NCBI GenBank assembly: GCA_964387845.1
Contig: CAYLXA010000005.1
Location: 128,001-192,000, forward strand
Origin: an uncultured bacterium
GTDB lineage: Bacteria; Omnitrophota; Omnitrophia; Omnitrophales; Abzuiibacteriaceae
Direction: 5' to 3'
DNA length: 64,000 nucleotides
Numbering within the stretch: position 1 is the stretch's first letter; every line of letters begins with the position of its first letter. Of the stretch, positions 49,360 through 63,300 are shown in pieces. A program made the translations under genes and the position numbers. The notes under the pieces were generated by a model. It was given only the letters and a program-made list of their open reading frames with translations. It was not told where the DNA came from and ran no database searches.

Positions 49360-49941
49360 ATGAAACAATTTGCCATTGCTCTAGTTTTAATCGCTTTAAT
49401 CCTGATGCCAAACATGGTTTTCGCTGCACAAAAAGCAGTATCACCGGCCAATATCAGTGAAACAGCCACCTTGACACCTTCTACGCCAGTGGAATTTCCT
49501 ACCAAAGTGTATAAATTTGATAACGGGGAAACAGCGAAGATTGGCGCAAAATATGAGGTGGGATTAAATGACAGTGCGGAACCTCAAGTTGTTTTGAAAG
49601 CAAAAATGGAATTTCCGGGCGGCAATACGATTGAAAAAACACTACCCATGGGAGAATATGCAGGTCCCACAGAAATCAACATAACACCCGCAGAATTTCC
49701 GGAAGATGGTGGAGATAGCGGAATTACTCCTCCCAACGAACCAAATTCAGCCAATTCTCTTTCGTGTGGTTACGTTCCTCATCCGAATGGTGCAAATTTT
49801 TCGTGTGTAAACTGCAGCAGTGGGCTTCAGAGCTGTTCATTGTGCTGGGGTACAACTGACGGTTTTTGGGGGCCTCTTCCGTATGTCAGGAGCAATTGTC
49901 ACACAAGGCCCGCTGTTGTCCCACAGTCATTTACAAATTAA
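49360..49941 (+). CDS. secreted hypothetical protein with Cys-rich C-terminus
   Basis: signal peptide; C-terminal SCGYVPHPNGANFSCVNCSSGLQSCSLCWG...NCH. Confidence 0.5.
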   Translation: MKQFAIALVLIALILMPNMVFAAQKAVSPANISETATLTPSTPVEFPTKVYKFDNGETAKIGAKYEVGLNDSAEPQVVLKAKMEFPGGNTIEKTLPMGEYAGPTEINITPAEFPEDGGDSGITPPNEPNSANSLSCGYVPHPNGANFSCVNCSSGLQSCSLCWGTTDGFWGPLPYVRSNCHTRPAVVPQSFTN

Positions 49942-49948
49942 ATAATCC

Positions 49949-49976
49949 GGGGACAGTCCCAATTGGGACTGTCCCC
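49949..49976. terminator. perfect 28-bp palindrome GGGGACAGTCCCAATTGGGACTGTCCCC (hairpin; no U-tract)
   Basis: read directly. Confidence 0.4.
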
Positions 49977-50043
49977 AATCAACTAGTTTTTCTTGACATT
50001 CGGATCCGTCTCGTGTAATATTCCATAACTTTAGCGCAATTGA

Positions 50044-50138
50044 AACCCTTTTAATCTGGTTCTGCGAAACCAGGAAAGGCACGAAAATGAAAACCGACTC
50101 TTACTGTACCCGTCTAGAATCCACAGGCGGGTTTTTTT
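50044..50138 (+). promoter_or_regulatory. pyr leader: PyrR-binding hairpin (CUUUUAAUCUGG...CCAGGAAAGGC) followed by attenuator terminator (CCCGUCU..AGGCGGG + U7)
   Basis: similarity to PyrR binding-loop consensus (CUUUnAGUCCAGAGAGGCU) and a 7-bp stem + U-tract. Confidence 0.55.
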
Positions 50139-50162
50139 ATGCCTCTTCCCGAATAACGAGCC

Positions 50163-50236
50163 ACAAGCTTCAGGCTGCAAGCTCCAAGCTTAAGGCTTTA
50201 AGCATGAAGCCTGGGGCCTGCAGCTTGAAGCCGCTA
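50163..50236. repeat. family A heptamer-periodic palindromic element between pyr leader and pyrR
   Basis: CAAGCTT CAGGCTG CAAGCTC CAAGCTT AAGGCTT ... CCTGCAG CTTGAAG. Confidence 0.55.
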
Positions 50237-50247
50237 TCGAGGTTCAC

Positions 50248-50784
50248 ATGAGCAAAATCATCATGAATAACGATGAAATGAATCGTGCGATTACGCGTAT
50301 TGCACATGAAATCCTCGAAAAAAATCGAAACGACAAAAGTCTCGCGATTGTGGGGATCCGCACCGGAGGCGCATTTTTGGCCGAGCGGCTCCTTAAGAAA
50401 ATAAAAGAAATCTCCAAAGAAGACATCCCCTCAGGCGTTCTCGATATCACACTTTACCGCGATGATTTGTCTGAGGTCGGCCCGCAGCCCGATGTGAAAG
50501 AAACCAAAATCGATTTTGATGTCACGGAGAAGATAATCGTAGTTGTGGATGACGTTCTCTTCACGGGCCGGACGGTGAAATGTGCTTTGGACGGCATCAT
50601 TGATTACGGCAGGCCGAAAGCGATTCAGCTCGCGGTTTTGATCGACCGCGGCCACCGGGAGCTTCCTATTAAGCCGGATTTTGTCGGCAAAAACATTCCA
50701 ACTTCCAATAACGAAGAAGTCAGAGTCTATTTCACCGAAGAGCACGGCAAAGACGAAGTGCTGGTCGAGGAGGTCAAACCATGA
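50248..50784 (+). CDS. pyrR: bifunctional pyr operon regulator / uracil phosphoribosyltransferase PyrR
   Basis: [14 protein letters not shown]...[10 protein letters not shown]...[10 protein letters not shown]. Confidence 0.9.
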   Translation: MSKIIMNNDEMNRAITRIAHEILEKNRNDKSLAIVGIRTGGAFLAERLLKKIKEISKEDIPSGVLDITLYRDDLSEVGPQPDVKETKIDFDVTEKIIVVVDDVLFTGRTVKCALDGIIDYGRPKAIQLAVLIDRGHRELPIKPDFVGKNIPTSNNEEVRVYFTEEHGKDEVLVEEVKP

Positions 50785-51743
50785 CGGCGTCCGTAGCAAC
50801 CATGAAGTGGACCAAAAAGGATCTTGTAGGGCTTCAGGATTTAACGCGCGAAGAAATCGAAATGATTCTTGATACCGCAAAGTCGTTACAGGAAATTTCC
50901 TCACGGCCGGTCAAAAAAGTTCCGACTCTACGCGGCAAAACAGTGGCCAACATTTTCTTCGAGCCAAGCACGAGGACCCGTATTTCGTTTGAGCTTGCCG
51001 AAAAAAGGTTAAGCGCAGATACCATTAATATTCAGGCGCAAACCTCAAGCACCGTAAAAGGCGAAACACTCAAAGACACAATCCGCAACATTGAAGCGCT
51101 AAAAGTGGAAATGATCGTAATGCGCCATCCGGCTTCCGGCGCGCCGCACCGGCTTGCAAAAGCGTTGGATGTCAGCGTGGTCAACGCAGGCGACGGCACG
51201 AACGAACATCCGACACAAGCGCTCTTAGATATGTTCACAATCCGTGAGAAGAAGGGAAAGCTTTCCGGGCTGCGCATAGCGTTTATCGGTGATATTTTAC
51301 ACAGCCGGGTTGCGCGTTCCAATATTTGGGGCCTGACCAAATTAGGCGCTCAGGTCGTTGTTTGCGGGCCAAAGACACTGCTGCCGCCGCAGGTGGAAAA
51401 GTTGGGCGTTGAAGTGACGACCGACCTCAGAAAAGCGATTAAAGGCGCGGATGTGATCAATTTGCTGCGCATCCAAACCGAACGGCAGAAAGAATGTTTT
51501 TTCCCGAGCATCCGCGAATATGCAAATCTTTACCAAATCAACCGCTCGGTTTTGGAAAATGCAAAGTCAGACGTTCTCATCATGCATCCCGGACCCGTGA
51601 ACCGCGGCGTCGAAATTTCAAGCGAAGTCATGGACGGGCCTTATTCGGTCATCTTAGACCAGGTCACAAACGGACTTGCCGTGAGAATGGCGGTTTTGTA
51701 CTTGCTGAGCGGTGTCAGAGGCTCGGCGGAGGGCGAAAAATAA
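50781..51743 (+). CDS. pyrB: aspartate carbamoyltransferase catalytic subunit
   Basis: [17 protein letters not shown] motifs. Confidence 0.9.
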   Translation: MTASVATMKWTKKDLVGLQDLTREEIEMILDTAKSLQEISSRPVKKVPTLRGKTVANIFFEPSTRTRISFELAEKRLSADTINIQAQTSSTVKGETLKDTIRNIEALKVEMIVMRHPASGAPHRLAKALDVSVVNAGDGTNEHPTQALLDMFTIREKKGKLSGLRIAFIGDILHSRVARSNIWGLTKLGAQVVVCGPKTLLPPQVEKLGVEVTTDLRKAIKGADVINLLRIQTERQKECFFPSIREYANLYQINRSVLENAKSDVLIMHPGPVNRGVEISSEVMDGPYSVILDQVTNGLAVRMAVLYLLSGVRGSAEGEK

Positions 51744-51744
51744 C

Positions 51745-53022
51745 ATGCACCTACTTATTCGAAACGCACGCATCCTGGATCCAAAAAATAAAATTGACGA
51801 TACGCTCGACATTTTGACGCACAACCGAAAAATTCTCGAAATCAAAAAGAAAATCGACGCGCAGGAAGGCGCCATTGAAGTCGATGCCAAAGGCCTCGTG
51901 GCTGTGCCGGGATTTATTGATATGCACGTTCACTTCCGCGAACCGGGTTTTGAGCAAAAGGAAACCATTTCAACCGGCGGCATGGCTGCTTTAAAAGGCG
52001 GAATTGTCGCAACGGTGACGATGCCAAATACTAATCCGCCGTGTGACCACCAAAGCGTTATTGATAACATTATCCGGAAAGCGAAAGAACTTCCGTTGAA
52101 TGTGTTTCCCTCAGGAACTTTGAGTAAGAATCGCGAAGGCAAGGAACTTTCCGAAATGACCGACTTGAAACGCGCAGGCGCCATTGCCGTCACGGATGAC
52201 GGAAGCTGGCTGTATGATTCGCTCCTCATGCGCCGCGCGATGGAATATGCGGGCATGCTGGGACTTCTCGTGATCACACACGCCGAAGATCACCGGCTGA
52301 GCACGGGCGGCGTCATGAATGAAAGTTTATCATCGACCAAACTCGGCCTTCAGGGAACACCGAACGCGGCAGAAGACATCGCGGTTTTGCGGGATGTGGA
52401 ACTTTGCCGGCTGACGCGCTCACCGCTTCACATTGCACATTTATCGACGAAAGGTGCCGTCGAAATCGTCCGCCGTGCAAAAGCAGAGGGGCTTCCGGTG
52501 ACGGCTGAAGTGACGCCGCACCATTTGGCACTCACCGATGAATCAATCAAGGATTACAACACGGATTTCAAAATGAATCCGCCGCTTCGGACCGAAGAAG
52601 ACCGGCAGGCAATTTTAAAGGGACTCAAAGATGGAACCATCGATACGATCGCAACGGATCACGCGCCGCATACGGAAGAAGAAAAAATGGCAGAGTTTCA
52701 GGATGCGCCGGTTGGTGTGATCGGCCTCGAGACTTCCGCATCGGTTGTGCTGACCGAGCTTTATCACAAGAAAGTGCTAACGCTTGAGGAAATCATCCGG
52801 AAAATGTCCGTTCGCCCTGCGGAAATCTTAAAATTACCTTCGGGATTCGGCGAAATCAAAGTCGGAACATCGCCCAACATCGCGTTCCTTAATCTGGACC
52901 AAGAATGGGATGTTAAAAAAGAAGGTTTTGTTTCAAAATCAAAGAATTCATGTTTTATCGGCCGCAAACTGAAAGGCCGTGTGGTGATGACAATTTGTGA
53001 AGGAAGGCTGTGGAAATGGTAA
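51745..53022 (+). CDS. pyrC: dihydroorotase (multifunctional-complex type)
   Basis: GFIDMHVHFREPG metal-binding motif; start at internal ATG 51745. Confidence 0.85.
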   Translation: MHLLIRNARILDPKNKIDDTLDILTHNRKILEIKKKIDAQEGAIEVDAKGLVAVPGFIDMHVHFREPGFEQKETISTGGMAALKGGIVATVTMPNTNPPCDHQSVIDNIIRKAKELPLNVFPSGTLSKNREGKELSEMTDLKRAGAIAVTDDGSWLYDSLLMRRAMEYAGMLGLLVITHAEDHRLSTGGVMNESLSSTKLGLQGTPNAAEDIAVLRDVELCRLTRSPLHIAHLSTKGAVEIVRRAKAEGLPVTAEVTPHHLALTDESIKDYNTDFKMNPPLRTEEDRQAILKGLKDGTIDTIATDHAPHTEEEKMAEFQDAPVGVIGLETSASVVLTELYHKKVLTLEEIIRKMSVRPAEILKLPSGFGEIKVGTSPNIAFLNLDQEWDVKKEGFVSKSKNSCFIGRKLKGRVVMTICEGRLWKW

Positions 53023-53023
53023 T

Positions 53024-53107
53024 TTTAGCGTATAGCGTTCAGCGGATAGCGTATAGGAAAGACTATTCAATTTGTTCCTACCCGCTATACGCTAAACGCT
53101 ATCCGCC
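53024..53107. repeat. family B heptamer hairpin (TTTAGCG TATAGCG TTCAGCG GATAGCG TATAGG ... CCGCTAT ACGCTAA ACGCTAT CCGCC)
   Basis: read directly. Confidence 0.65.
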
Positions 53108-53116
53108 GACCGGAGA

Positions 53117-54250
53117 TTGTTCATGAAAGCAATTCTTGCATTAGAAGACGGTCTGACGTTCGAAGGTGAAAGTTTTGGCGCGCGCGGCGAAACATTCGGC
53201 GAAGTGGTGTTTAATACCTCGCTTTCAGGATATCAAGAAATCCTGACGGATCCTTCCTATGCAGGGCAGCTCGTGACCATGACTTATCCGCACATCGGTA
53301 ATTACGGTATCAATAAAGCCGACGTCGAGTCTGCAAAACCTCACGCTGATGGCTTCATCGTCAAGGAAGTCAGCCCGCTTGTCAGCAATTGGCGATCTGA
53401 AATGACGCTGGATGAATATTTAAAAGATTCAAAGATTGTCGGGATCCAGGGAATTGACACGCGAAAACTCGTCAAACATTTACGCGATAATGGCGCGAAA
53501 AAAGGGATTATTTCAACGGAAGATTTGGACGTGAAGCGGCTTGTGAAGCGCGCCAAAGATTCCGAAAGTATTGTCGGTGTGGATTTGGTGAAGAAAGTGA
53601 CTTGCGCGAAGAAATATCAATTTACAGAGAGAATCCCCGAGGAATTTGAATGGCCGCAATTTGAAAAGCGAAAAATCAAAAAGCAATACTCGCTTGTTTG
53701 CGTGGATAGCGGTATTAAACACAACATTTTACGCAAACTCAATCAGCATGGTTTTAAATTAACGGTGGTGCCGGCGTCGACACCTTCGTCAGAAATTCTG
53801 GCGCTCAAGCCGGACGGCATCTTTCTCTCAAACGGGCCCGGCGATCCGGAGCCGGTGACGTATTTGGTGGAAACCGTTCGGAATCTCATCGGCAAAAAAC
53901 CAATTTTCGGGATTTGTCTCGGGCATCAAATCTTGGGGCTCGCACTCGGCGGAAAAACATACAAACTCAAATTCGGCCACCGGGGCGGAAATCATCCGGT
54001 GATGGATTTGAAAACCAACAAAGTTGAAATTACCTCACAGAATCACGGATTTTGCGTGGATTTGGAATCGCTTCCCAGAGACACAGTAGCAACCCATACC
54101 AATCTGAATGACAAAACCAACGAAGGCTTCCGGCACAAAAAATATCCGGTGTTTTCGGTGCAATATCACCCGGAAAATTCACCCGGGCCGCACGACAGCG
54201 ATTATTTGTTCCGAAGGTTTTACGAACTTGTTGAAAAAGGAAAGTGGTAA
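53117..54250 (+). CDS. carA: carbamoyl-phosphate synthase small (glutaminase) subunit
   Basis: CPSase_sm N-domain + GATase GICLGHQ. Confidence 0.9.
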   Translation: MFMKAILALEDGLTFEGESFGARGETFGEVVFNTSLSGYQEILTDPSYAGQLVTMTYPHIGNYGINKADVESAKPHADGFIVKEVSPLVSNWRSEMTLDEYLKDSKIVGIQGIDTRKLVKHLRDNGAKKGIISTEDLDVKRLVKRAKDSESIVGVDLVKKVTCAKKYQFTERIPEEFEWPQFEKRKIKKQYSLVCVDSGIKHNILRKLNQHGFKLTVVPASTPSSEILALKPDGIFLSNGPGDPEPVTYLVETVRNLIGKKPIFGICLGHQILGLALGGKTYKLKFGHRGGNHPVMDLKTNKVEITSQNHGFCVDLESLPRDTVATHTNLNDKTNEGFRHKKYPVFSVQYHPENSPGPHDSDYLFRRFYELVEKGKW

Positions 54251-54253
54251 ATT

Positions 54254-54333
54254 TGGTATCTAGTATCTGGTATCTAGTATCTCGCTAAAGAATTTTCGCT
54301 TGCCAGATATTAGATACGAGATACCAGATACGC
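54254..54333. repeat. family C heptamer hairpin (GGTATCT AGTATCT GGTATCT AGTATCT ... AGATATT AGATACG AGATACC AGATACG)
   Basis: read directly; overlaps the 5' extension of the ORF-track carB call, supporting carB start at 54348. Confidence 0.65.
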
Positions 54334-54347
54334 GAAAGATTAGAAGT

Positions 54348-57657
<3,310 letters not shown>

Positions 57658-57665
<8 letters not shown>

Positions 57666-58413
57666 CGAAATTGTAGAAATTGCCTCTAACCAGAAGATCA
57701 ATTCCGAATACTGGAAATTGACTTTTGCGTCAAAAAATCTTTCCAAGCAAGTTTTGCCGGGCCAATTCATGAACGTCCAGATCGAAGATCAGTCGGATCC
57801 ATTTCTACGCCGTCCGTTCAGTTATTACCGGGTCTCGGGACAAAAAATCGAGATTTTGTACGAAATTTTGGGGCGCTGTACGGAAATCCTCACAAAAAAG
57901 AAAAAAGGCGAAACATTGAAAATCCTTGGACCGCTCGGGAAGCCGTTTTCACAGAAAATCAAAGGGAAGAAGCGCGTGCTCGTGGCAGGCGGAATCGGTG
58001 TGCCGCCGCTTGTGTATCTCGCAGAAGAAGAAAAAACAGATTTTCTGCTCGTCGGCTGCCACACAAAAGCCGAAGCGCTCCCGAAGTCGGAACTCCGAAA
58101 AGTGAAAGCAAAAGTCATGTACGCAACCGAAGACGGCTCACTCGGCGTGAAAGGTTTTGTAACGGTGGCGCTCGAGAAATTAGTCAAAGAAGAGGATCCA
58201 AAAAATTTATTCATTCAAACCTGCGGCCCGTTTCCGATGATGAGCGCCGTGATGAAGATCGCGCGCGCTTACGGAGTTGAGGGCGAGGCCTCAATGGAAG
58301 AAATGATGGCGTGCGGCGTCGGCGCGTGTTTGGGCTGTATGACGCTTACGACGGATGGTTACAAAACTTCGTGTGTGGATGGGCCGGTTTTTAGTTTTAA
58401 CCAGTTAAAGTAA
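57658..58413 (+). CDS. pyrK: dihydroorotate dehydrogenase electron-transfer subunit
   Basis: FAD/NAD-binding + C-terminal 2Fe-2S Cys cluster (CGVGACLGC). Confidence 0.85.
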
Positions 58414-58415
58414 TC

Positions 58416-58472
58416 TGCTACAAGCTGCAAGCCGCAGGCTTCATGCCTGGAGCTTGAAGCCTGTAGCCTGAA
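58416..58472. repeat. family A heptamer-periodic palindromic element
   Basis: CTGCTA CAAGCTG CAAGCCG CAGGCTT CATGCCT GGAGCTT GAAGCCT GTAGCCT GAAGC. Confidence 0.55.
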
Positions 58473-58481
58473 GCAAAGAAT

Positions 58482-59402
58482 ATGAAAAACAAAATTGACC
58501 TAACAACTACAATCGCCGGGCTGACGTTCAAGAATCCCGTCACCGTTGCGTCCGGCACTTTCGGAACGAAAGACGAGTTTGCGAAATTTTTTTCCTACGC
58601 TGAACTCGGTGCTGTAATCACCAAAACAGTGACGCGCAAACCGCGTGCCGGAAATCCGATGCCCAGGATTTGCGAAACACCAAGCGGGATGCTGAATTCC
58701 ATTGGGCTTCAGAACAAAGGGATCGACGAATTTATTGACGACACGATCCCGCATTTCCGGAGAATCAAAACACATTTGATCGTTAATATCGCGGGCGAGA
58801 ATATCGATGACTTTGCGCATCTTGCCAAGCGGCTCGATGCCGAAAAAGGAGTTTCGGCTTTGGAGCTTAATTTATCATGCCCAAATGTGGCGCATGGCAC
58901 CGAATTCTGTGATGAGCCTGAGATGGCATACGACCTCATTAAAGCCGTCAAAGAGTCAACCAAACTGCCGATTTTTGCCAAAATATCGCCTGAGGCGCGT
59001 GATTTTGTGAAATTGGCCGAGCAACTCGTGAAAGCCGGCACGGACGGGATCAGCGCGATCAATACGATCCGCGGCATGGCGGTTGATATCAGGACAGCGA
59101 AGCCGAAGCTAGCGCGTGTTATGGGCGGCTTGAGCGGCCCTGCCATCAAACCTATTGCGCTCCGGTACTGTCATGAAATAAAATCACGCTTTAAAATTCC
59201 CGTGATTGCGATGGGCGGAATTTGTAACGCCAAAGATGCGCTCGAATTTATCATCACCGGTGCTGACTTGGTTGCGATCGGCTCTGCGAACTTCGTCAAT
59301 CCAACGGCGAGTGTGAATGTTGTAAAAGGGCTTGAAGCTTATTTAAAAGAAAACAAATTGAAATCAATCGATGAAATACGCGGAACGCTGAAACTATCAT
59401 GA
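58482..59402 (+). CDS. pyrD: dihydroorotate dehydrogenase catalytic subunit (class 1B)
   Basis: TIM-barrel DHOD pattern with Cys active site. Confidence 0.9.
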   Translation: MKNKIDLTTTIAGLTFKNPVTVASGTFGTKDEFAKFFSYAELGAVITKTVTRKPRAGNPMPRICETPSGMLNSIGLQNKGIDEFIDDTIPHFRRIKTHLIVNIAGENIDDFAHLAKRLDAEKGVSALELNLSCPNVAHGTEFCDEPEMAYDLIKAVKESTKLPIFAKISPEARDFVKLAEQLVKAGTDGISAINTIRGMAVDIRTAKPKLARVMGGLSGPAIKPIALRYCHEIKSRFKIPVIAMGGICNAKDALEFIITGADLVAIGSANFVNPTASVNVVKGLEAYLKENKLKSIDEIRGTLKLS

Positions 59403-60139
59403 AAAAAGAAAATCCGGCTGAAAAAATTATTGTCGCGCTTGATACGCAAGATTTAAACAAAGCAAAAAAGATCGTCAAGAAGCTCCACAAGATCATTCCG
59501 CATTTCAAAATCGGAAGCGAGCTTTTCACGGCGCATGGACCCGAAGCCGTCAAAGCTTTGCGGTGGGTGGGTGGCCATATTTTTCTCGATCTCAAATTTC
59601 ACGATATCCCCAACACGGTGGCGGGCGCCGTTCGTTCGGCAACCGCGCTGAATGTCTTCATGATGACGATTCATACGATCGGTGGATCTGAAATGATGCA
59701 AGCCGCGCGCAAAGCTGCTGAAGAAGTCGCGCGCAGCAAGAAGCTGAAGCGCAGGCCGAAACTTTTGGGCGTTACTGTTTTAACCAGCATTAATCAGGAA
59801 GTTTTGAAAAAGGAAATCGGGATTGATGATTCGGTTGATAAAACGGTTTTACGCTACGCGGAAATGGCCGAACATGCCGGCATGGATGGCGTGGTTTGTT
59901 CCGGCAGGGAACTTGCTAAAATTCGTTCAAAATTAGATCAAGATATGCTTGTGGTGGTTCCCGGAATCCGTCCCGCATGGTCGGTACCGGGCGATCAAGA
60001 ACGCATCATGACTCCGCAAAAAGCGCTCGCCCTGGGCGCTGATTATTTGGTGATCGGGCGGCCCATTACGGCAGCTCGCGATCAAAAGGAGGCGGCTGAG
60101 CGGGTGATTGACGAAATCAAGGCGGCTATCTCTTCCTAA
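59399..60139 (+). CDS. pyrF: orotidine-5'-phosphate decarboxylase
   Basis: IIVALD...K motif, 246 aa. Confidence 0.9.
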   Translation: MKKENPAEKIIVALDTQDLNKAKKIVKKLHKIIPHFKIGSELFTAHGPEAVKALRWVGGHIFLDLKFHDIPNTVAGAVRSATALNVFMMTIHTIGGSEMMQAARKAAEEVARSKKLKRRPKLLGVTVLTSINQEVLKKEIGIDDSVDKTVLRYAEMAEHAGMDGVVCSGRELAKIRSKLDQDMLVVVPGIRPAWSVPGDQERIMTPQKALALGADYLVIGRPITAARDQKEAAERVIDEIKAAISS

Positions 60140-60302
60140 GTGGTTGTTACTTCTCGCCTTAGTAACTAGAACTTTTTAGTTCTATTTACTACTTATTATA
60201 CTAGTTTTAAATCCGTTTATCTTGTAATCTGATTATTTTTAGGATATACTTTTAGCTCGGGAATACCCGAAAAATTTCCGGCGAAAGGATTTCCTTTAAA
60301 TA

Positions 60303-63300
60303 GTGAGGCCCTACTCTTTTTTTCTGCGCGCCATCTCCGCGCTCCTGATTTTTACTTTCTCTTTCACTGAAACCATCGCACGCGCTGACGCAGCTCAGAC
60401 ATCGTCGCAGTTAGCGGCGATGCTAGAGCAGTCATCAAACCGGATGGGTTTGATGGCCGAAACTATTTCTAGTTTTACGCGCAATAGTTATCTCGCCATC
60501 GAAAAATTCGCCAACTCCGTCGATGTCCGTTCCGAACTGCGTTCTCGAGGACTTGAATTATCTGGCGGTCATAAACCCATACCCCAAAGTGATACTAAAG
60601 AGGTAAATAATAATGACAAATCAGAGGCAGGGCATGAGCAGTCAGAAAAAGAAATTCAGAGTTACGCTAAAAAATTAAAGGAATCAAAAGGTGATTTAAA
60701 GATTATTCGAGAGGCGATTGTTAATTTTCACCGCTTGGGCTATAGCGAAGTGAAAGTCGCAGAAATGATTAACCAAGTCAATCAAAATCAACCTTATGCA
60801 CAAATTCAATATTGGTCGGATGAAGTCACCCAATCTACGTTAATCAAACGCTTTTCACAGCATCGAAAATTAATTAAATCTCTCCTTTGGCTTTTACTCC
60901 CGGTTGTTTGTTATTTTTTACCTTATCCAGGCGCGACTGCTTTACTTCTCTTGATTTATCACGACGCAATGCACCGGTATCAAGCCGGCTTTTACTTTCT
61001 GACTTATTTTCTGGGTGATTTTTGGAATAATCGAATGGAAGATATTCAAAATTTTCTGGTCAAGAAGTATCACGAGCCCGATTTTAATTTTGAGGGTGAT
61101 TTGTGGCTAAATCCGGTAGACCGGGCGCATGACCAATTATTCGAAGCCAAAAGGCAATTTTGGAAAAGCGTCCTTGAAAGCATGAGCGGAGTTTATATGG
61201 TCAGCTCGATCCTGGTTTTCCCATGGCTATTTTCAGCCCTGAGAATGCTGATATCAGCCCCCATGGTTCTTGTTCAAACAGGCGTTTTTTCGTTCTTGGG
61301 CGCAATATCGATTGGTTTCTTCGGGCTAGTTCCTTTACGCGGGCCCCACTTTCAAGTTACGGCGGCAGATTTGGGCTTGGAGCATGCCGTCGATGTTGAA
61401 AGAACGTCCGTGACAGGTCTCCGGTGGCCTCAATTTTCAAACAAGCAGAATGCAATGATTGAAGCTGCCCGTTTTTACTGGAATAGAAATCCGATGGTCC
61501 TGTATGTTGAGAAGAACCGCGAATCGAAGTTTGAATGGAATAGGCAAATCCGCCGCGACACTGCAAGCCGTCTTTTAGCCCGCCATTTTTTAACGGTCGT
61601 TTTGTTTGTTACGACTGCCTTAAGCACCATTTTATTGATTGCTATCAGCATTATTCTTGGCTCAGGCGTTATAGGCGCGGTTGAGTTTGTTATTCAAAAA
61701 TTCGGCCAGAGTTTTATAACGAATGTGTTGCTGATCGTGGGTTCTTGCTGCTTTTTTCCGCTTGTGGCCGTTATCATCATCAGCGCGATAGTTGTCGGAA
61801 GCGAACAAAGCATTGCTGGAGCATGGCAAAAAGCCCGGGCAGATATTAAAAGCTTGAAGAAAAACGTTTTCCTTAATCCGAATCAGTCTGATGAAAAATT
61901 TTGGAAAAATTTAATTAAGCAACTAAAGCGGATCAGTAAAGAAGAGGCGCCCTTTAGCGATATTAGTTTCCCTGAGTCGATTGAGCGGTTGATCCGTGAT
62001 TTGTCATCTCTCAAAGAGGATCATTCGGAATTAATTCCGCTGCATGAGGCTCTCGCTACAGGCAAGGAGGGCACCGAATATCAAATCAAAGGGCAGGCGG
62101 CTCTGACTTCTGATCGACATTCGGATGATCCTTCAACGAAAGTCAGGGCAGAACTCAGGACGACGAATGAACGGCTGATTTGGAAGGCAATTGCTCAATT
62201 TGGAATTCCGGAGTTTTATCAAGAGCAAGCCTATTTGTTTCTAAGCGGCTTGCTGGAAATTAATCAGAGTCAGTGGGGAACACCTTTCGAAGACGCAATC
62301 AGTAGACTTTCTCAAGTACAAGTTGAACAAATTAAATCTTCCATTTCTTTCGAACCCATTGTCATGTCCACTACTTCTTTGGTTAGACGCACGGTTCGTT
62401 TTTCGGTTTATATGGCCGGTGTTATCGTTTTGGCGTATGCCGCCGGGGCTGCTTTGGCACGAGACATCAATTTGTTTAAACTTTTCAGCCAGATCGGAAA
62501 ACAAAAACTTCCGGGGCCGGAGCAGATCGACATAGGGTTCGCGGCCATATTTTTATTCACAATGTTTATCGGATTACCGTTTGTGATTACGCGTTTTCAA
62601 AGGTGGCTTGACGCCAAAATAAAACCTTATCCCATTTCTTACGATCTCAGGCGCACAATCTTAAATGAATTGTTCGTCAAGCAAGGCCTCATGTCAACGG
62701 ATGATGCGGAAGAATTGACCCGAAGAAAATATCGATCGGAATTGCGGACGGAGTGGGCAGATCAAATTAAGAGTTTGCTTTTAAAAGATTTTCCGTTCTT
62801 GGAACTCGATTTTTCTGAAAATGGTTACCTGTTTCGCGCTATCAGAAGTGGTTTGCGTGATGGATTGTCAAGAGGATCGTTCTCTTACCTAAATGACGGA
62901 GGCGTTGCGGCCGGTTGGCAAGAAAAGCATCTTGTCTATTTTGTTTCCGAAGATCCAAATGATGCCCTTGATGTTGCTGAATTTCAAAACGGATTTCCGG
63001 ATAACGCAGTCGTTATTTTCCCGAGCAAATTATTTCACGATGAAATGAATGCAGGCCGTGCTGCCATCATGACCACCCATGGGCTTTCCGGGACGTTGAC
63101 GGGTATCAAATGGCCTCTCATGACGAACCCGGTTACGATTCAAGATTCTGCTTTTATTATTGTTACTCCTGAAACCAAACAATATTTGGACAATCTGCTG
63201 GTCAATGGTCAGGCAAGCGGCGAAGAAGAAAAATTAAGACTCCGGCTTTTGGAATATCAGAAGCAGGGGATTTATCAAAAAATTGTTGCCTTGAATTTTG

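Noticed and set aside
54300-54347. N-terminal extension of carB ([16 protein letters not shown])
   Set aside because: It is encoded by the AGATATT/AGATACG heptamer repeat arm. Canonical carB N-terminus begins at M 54348.
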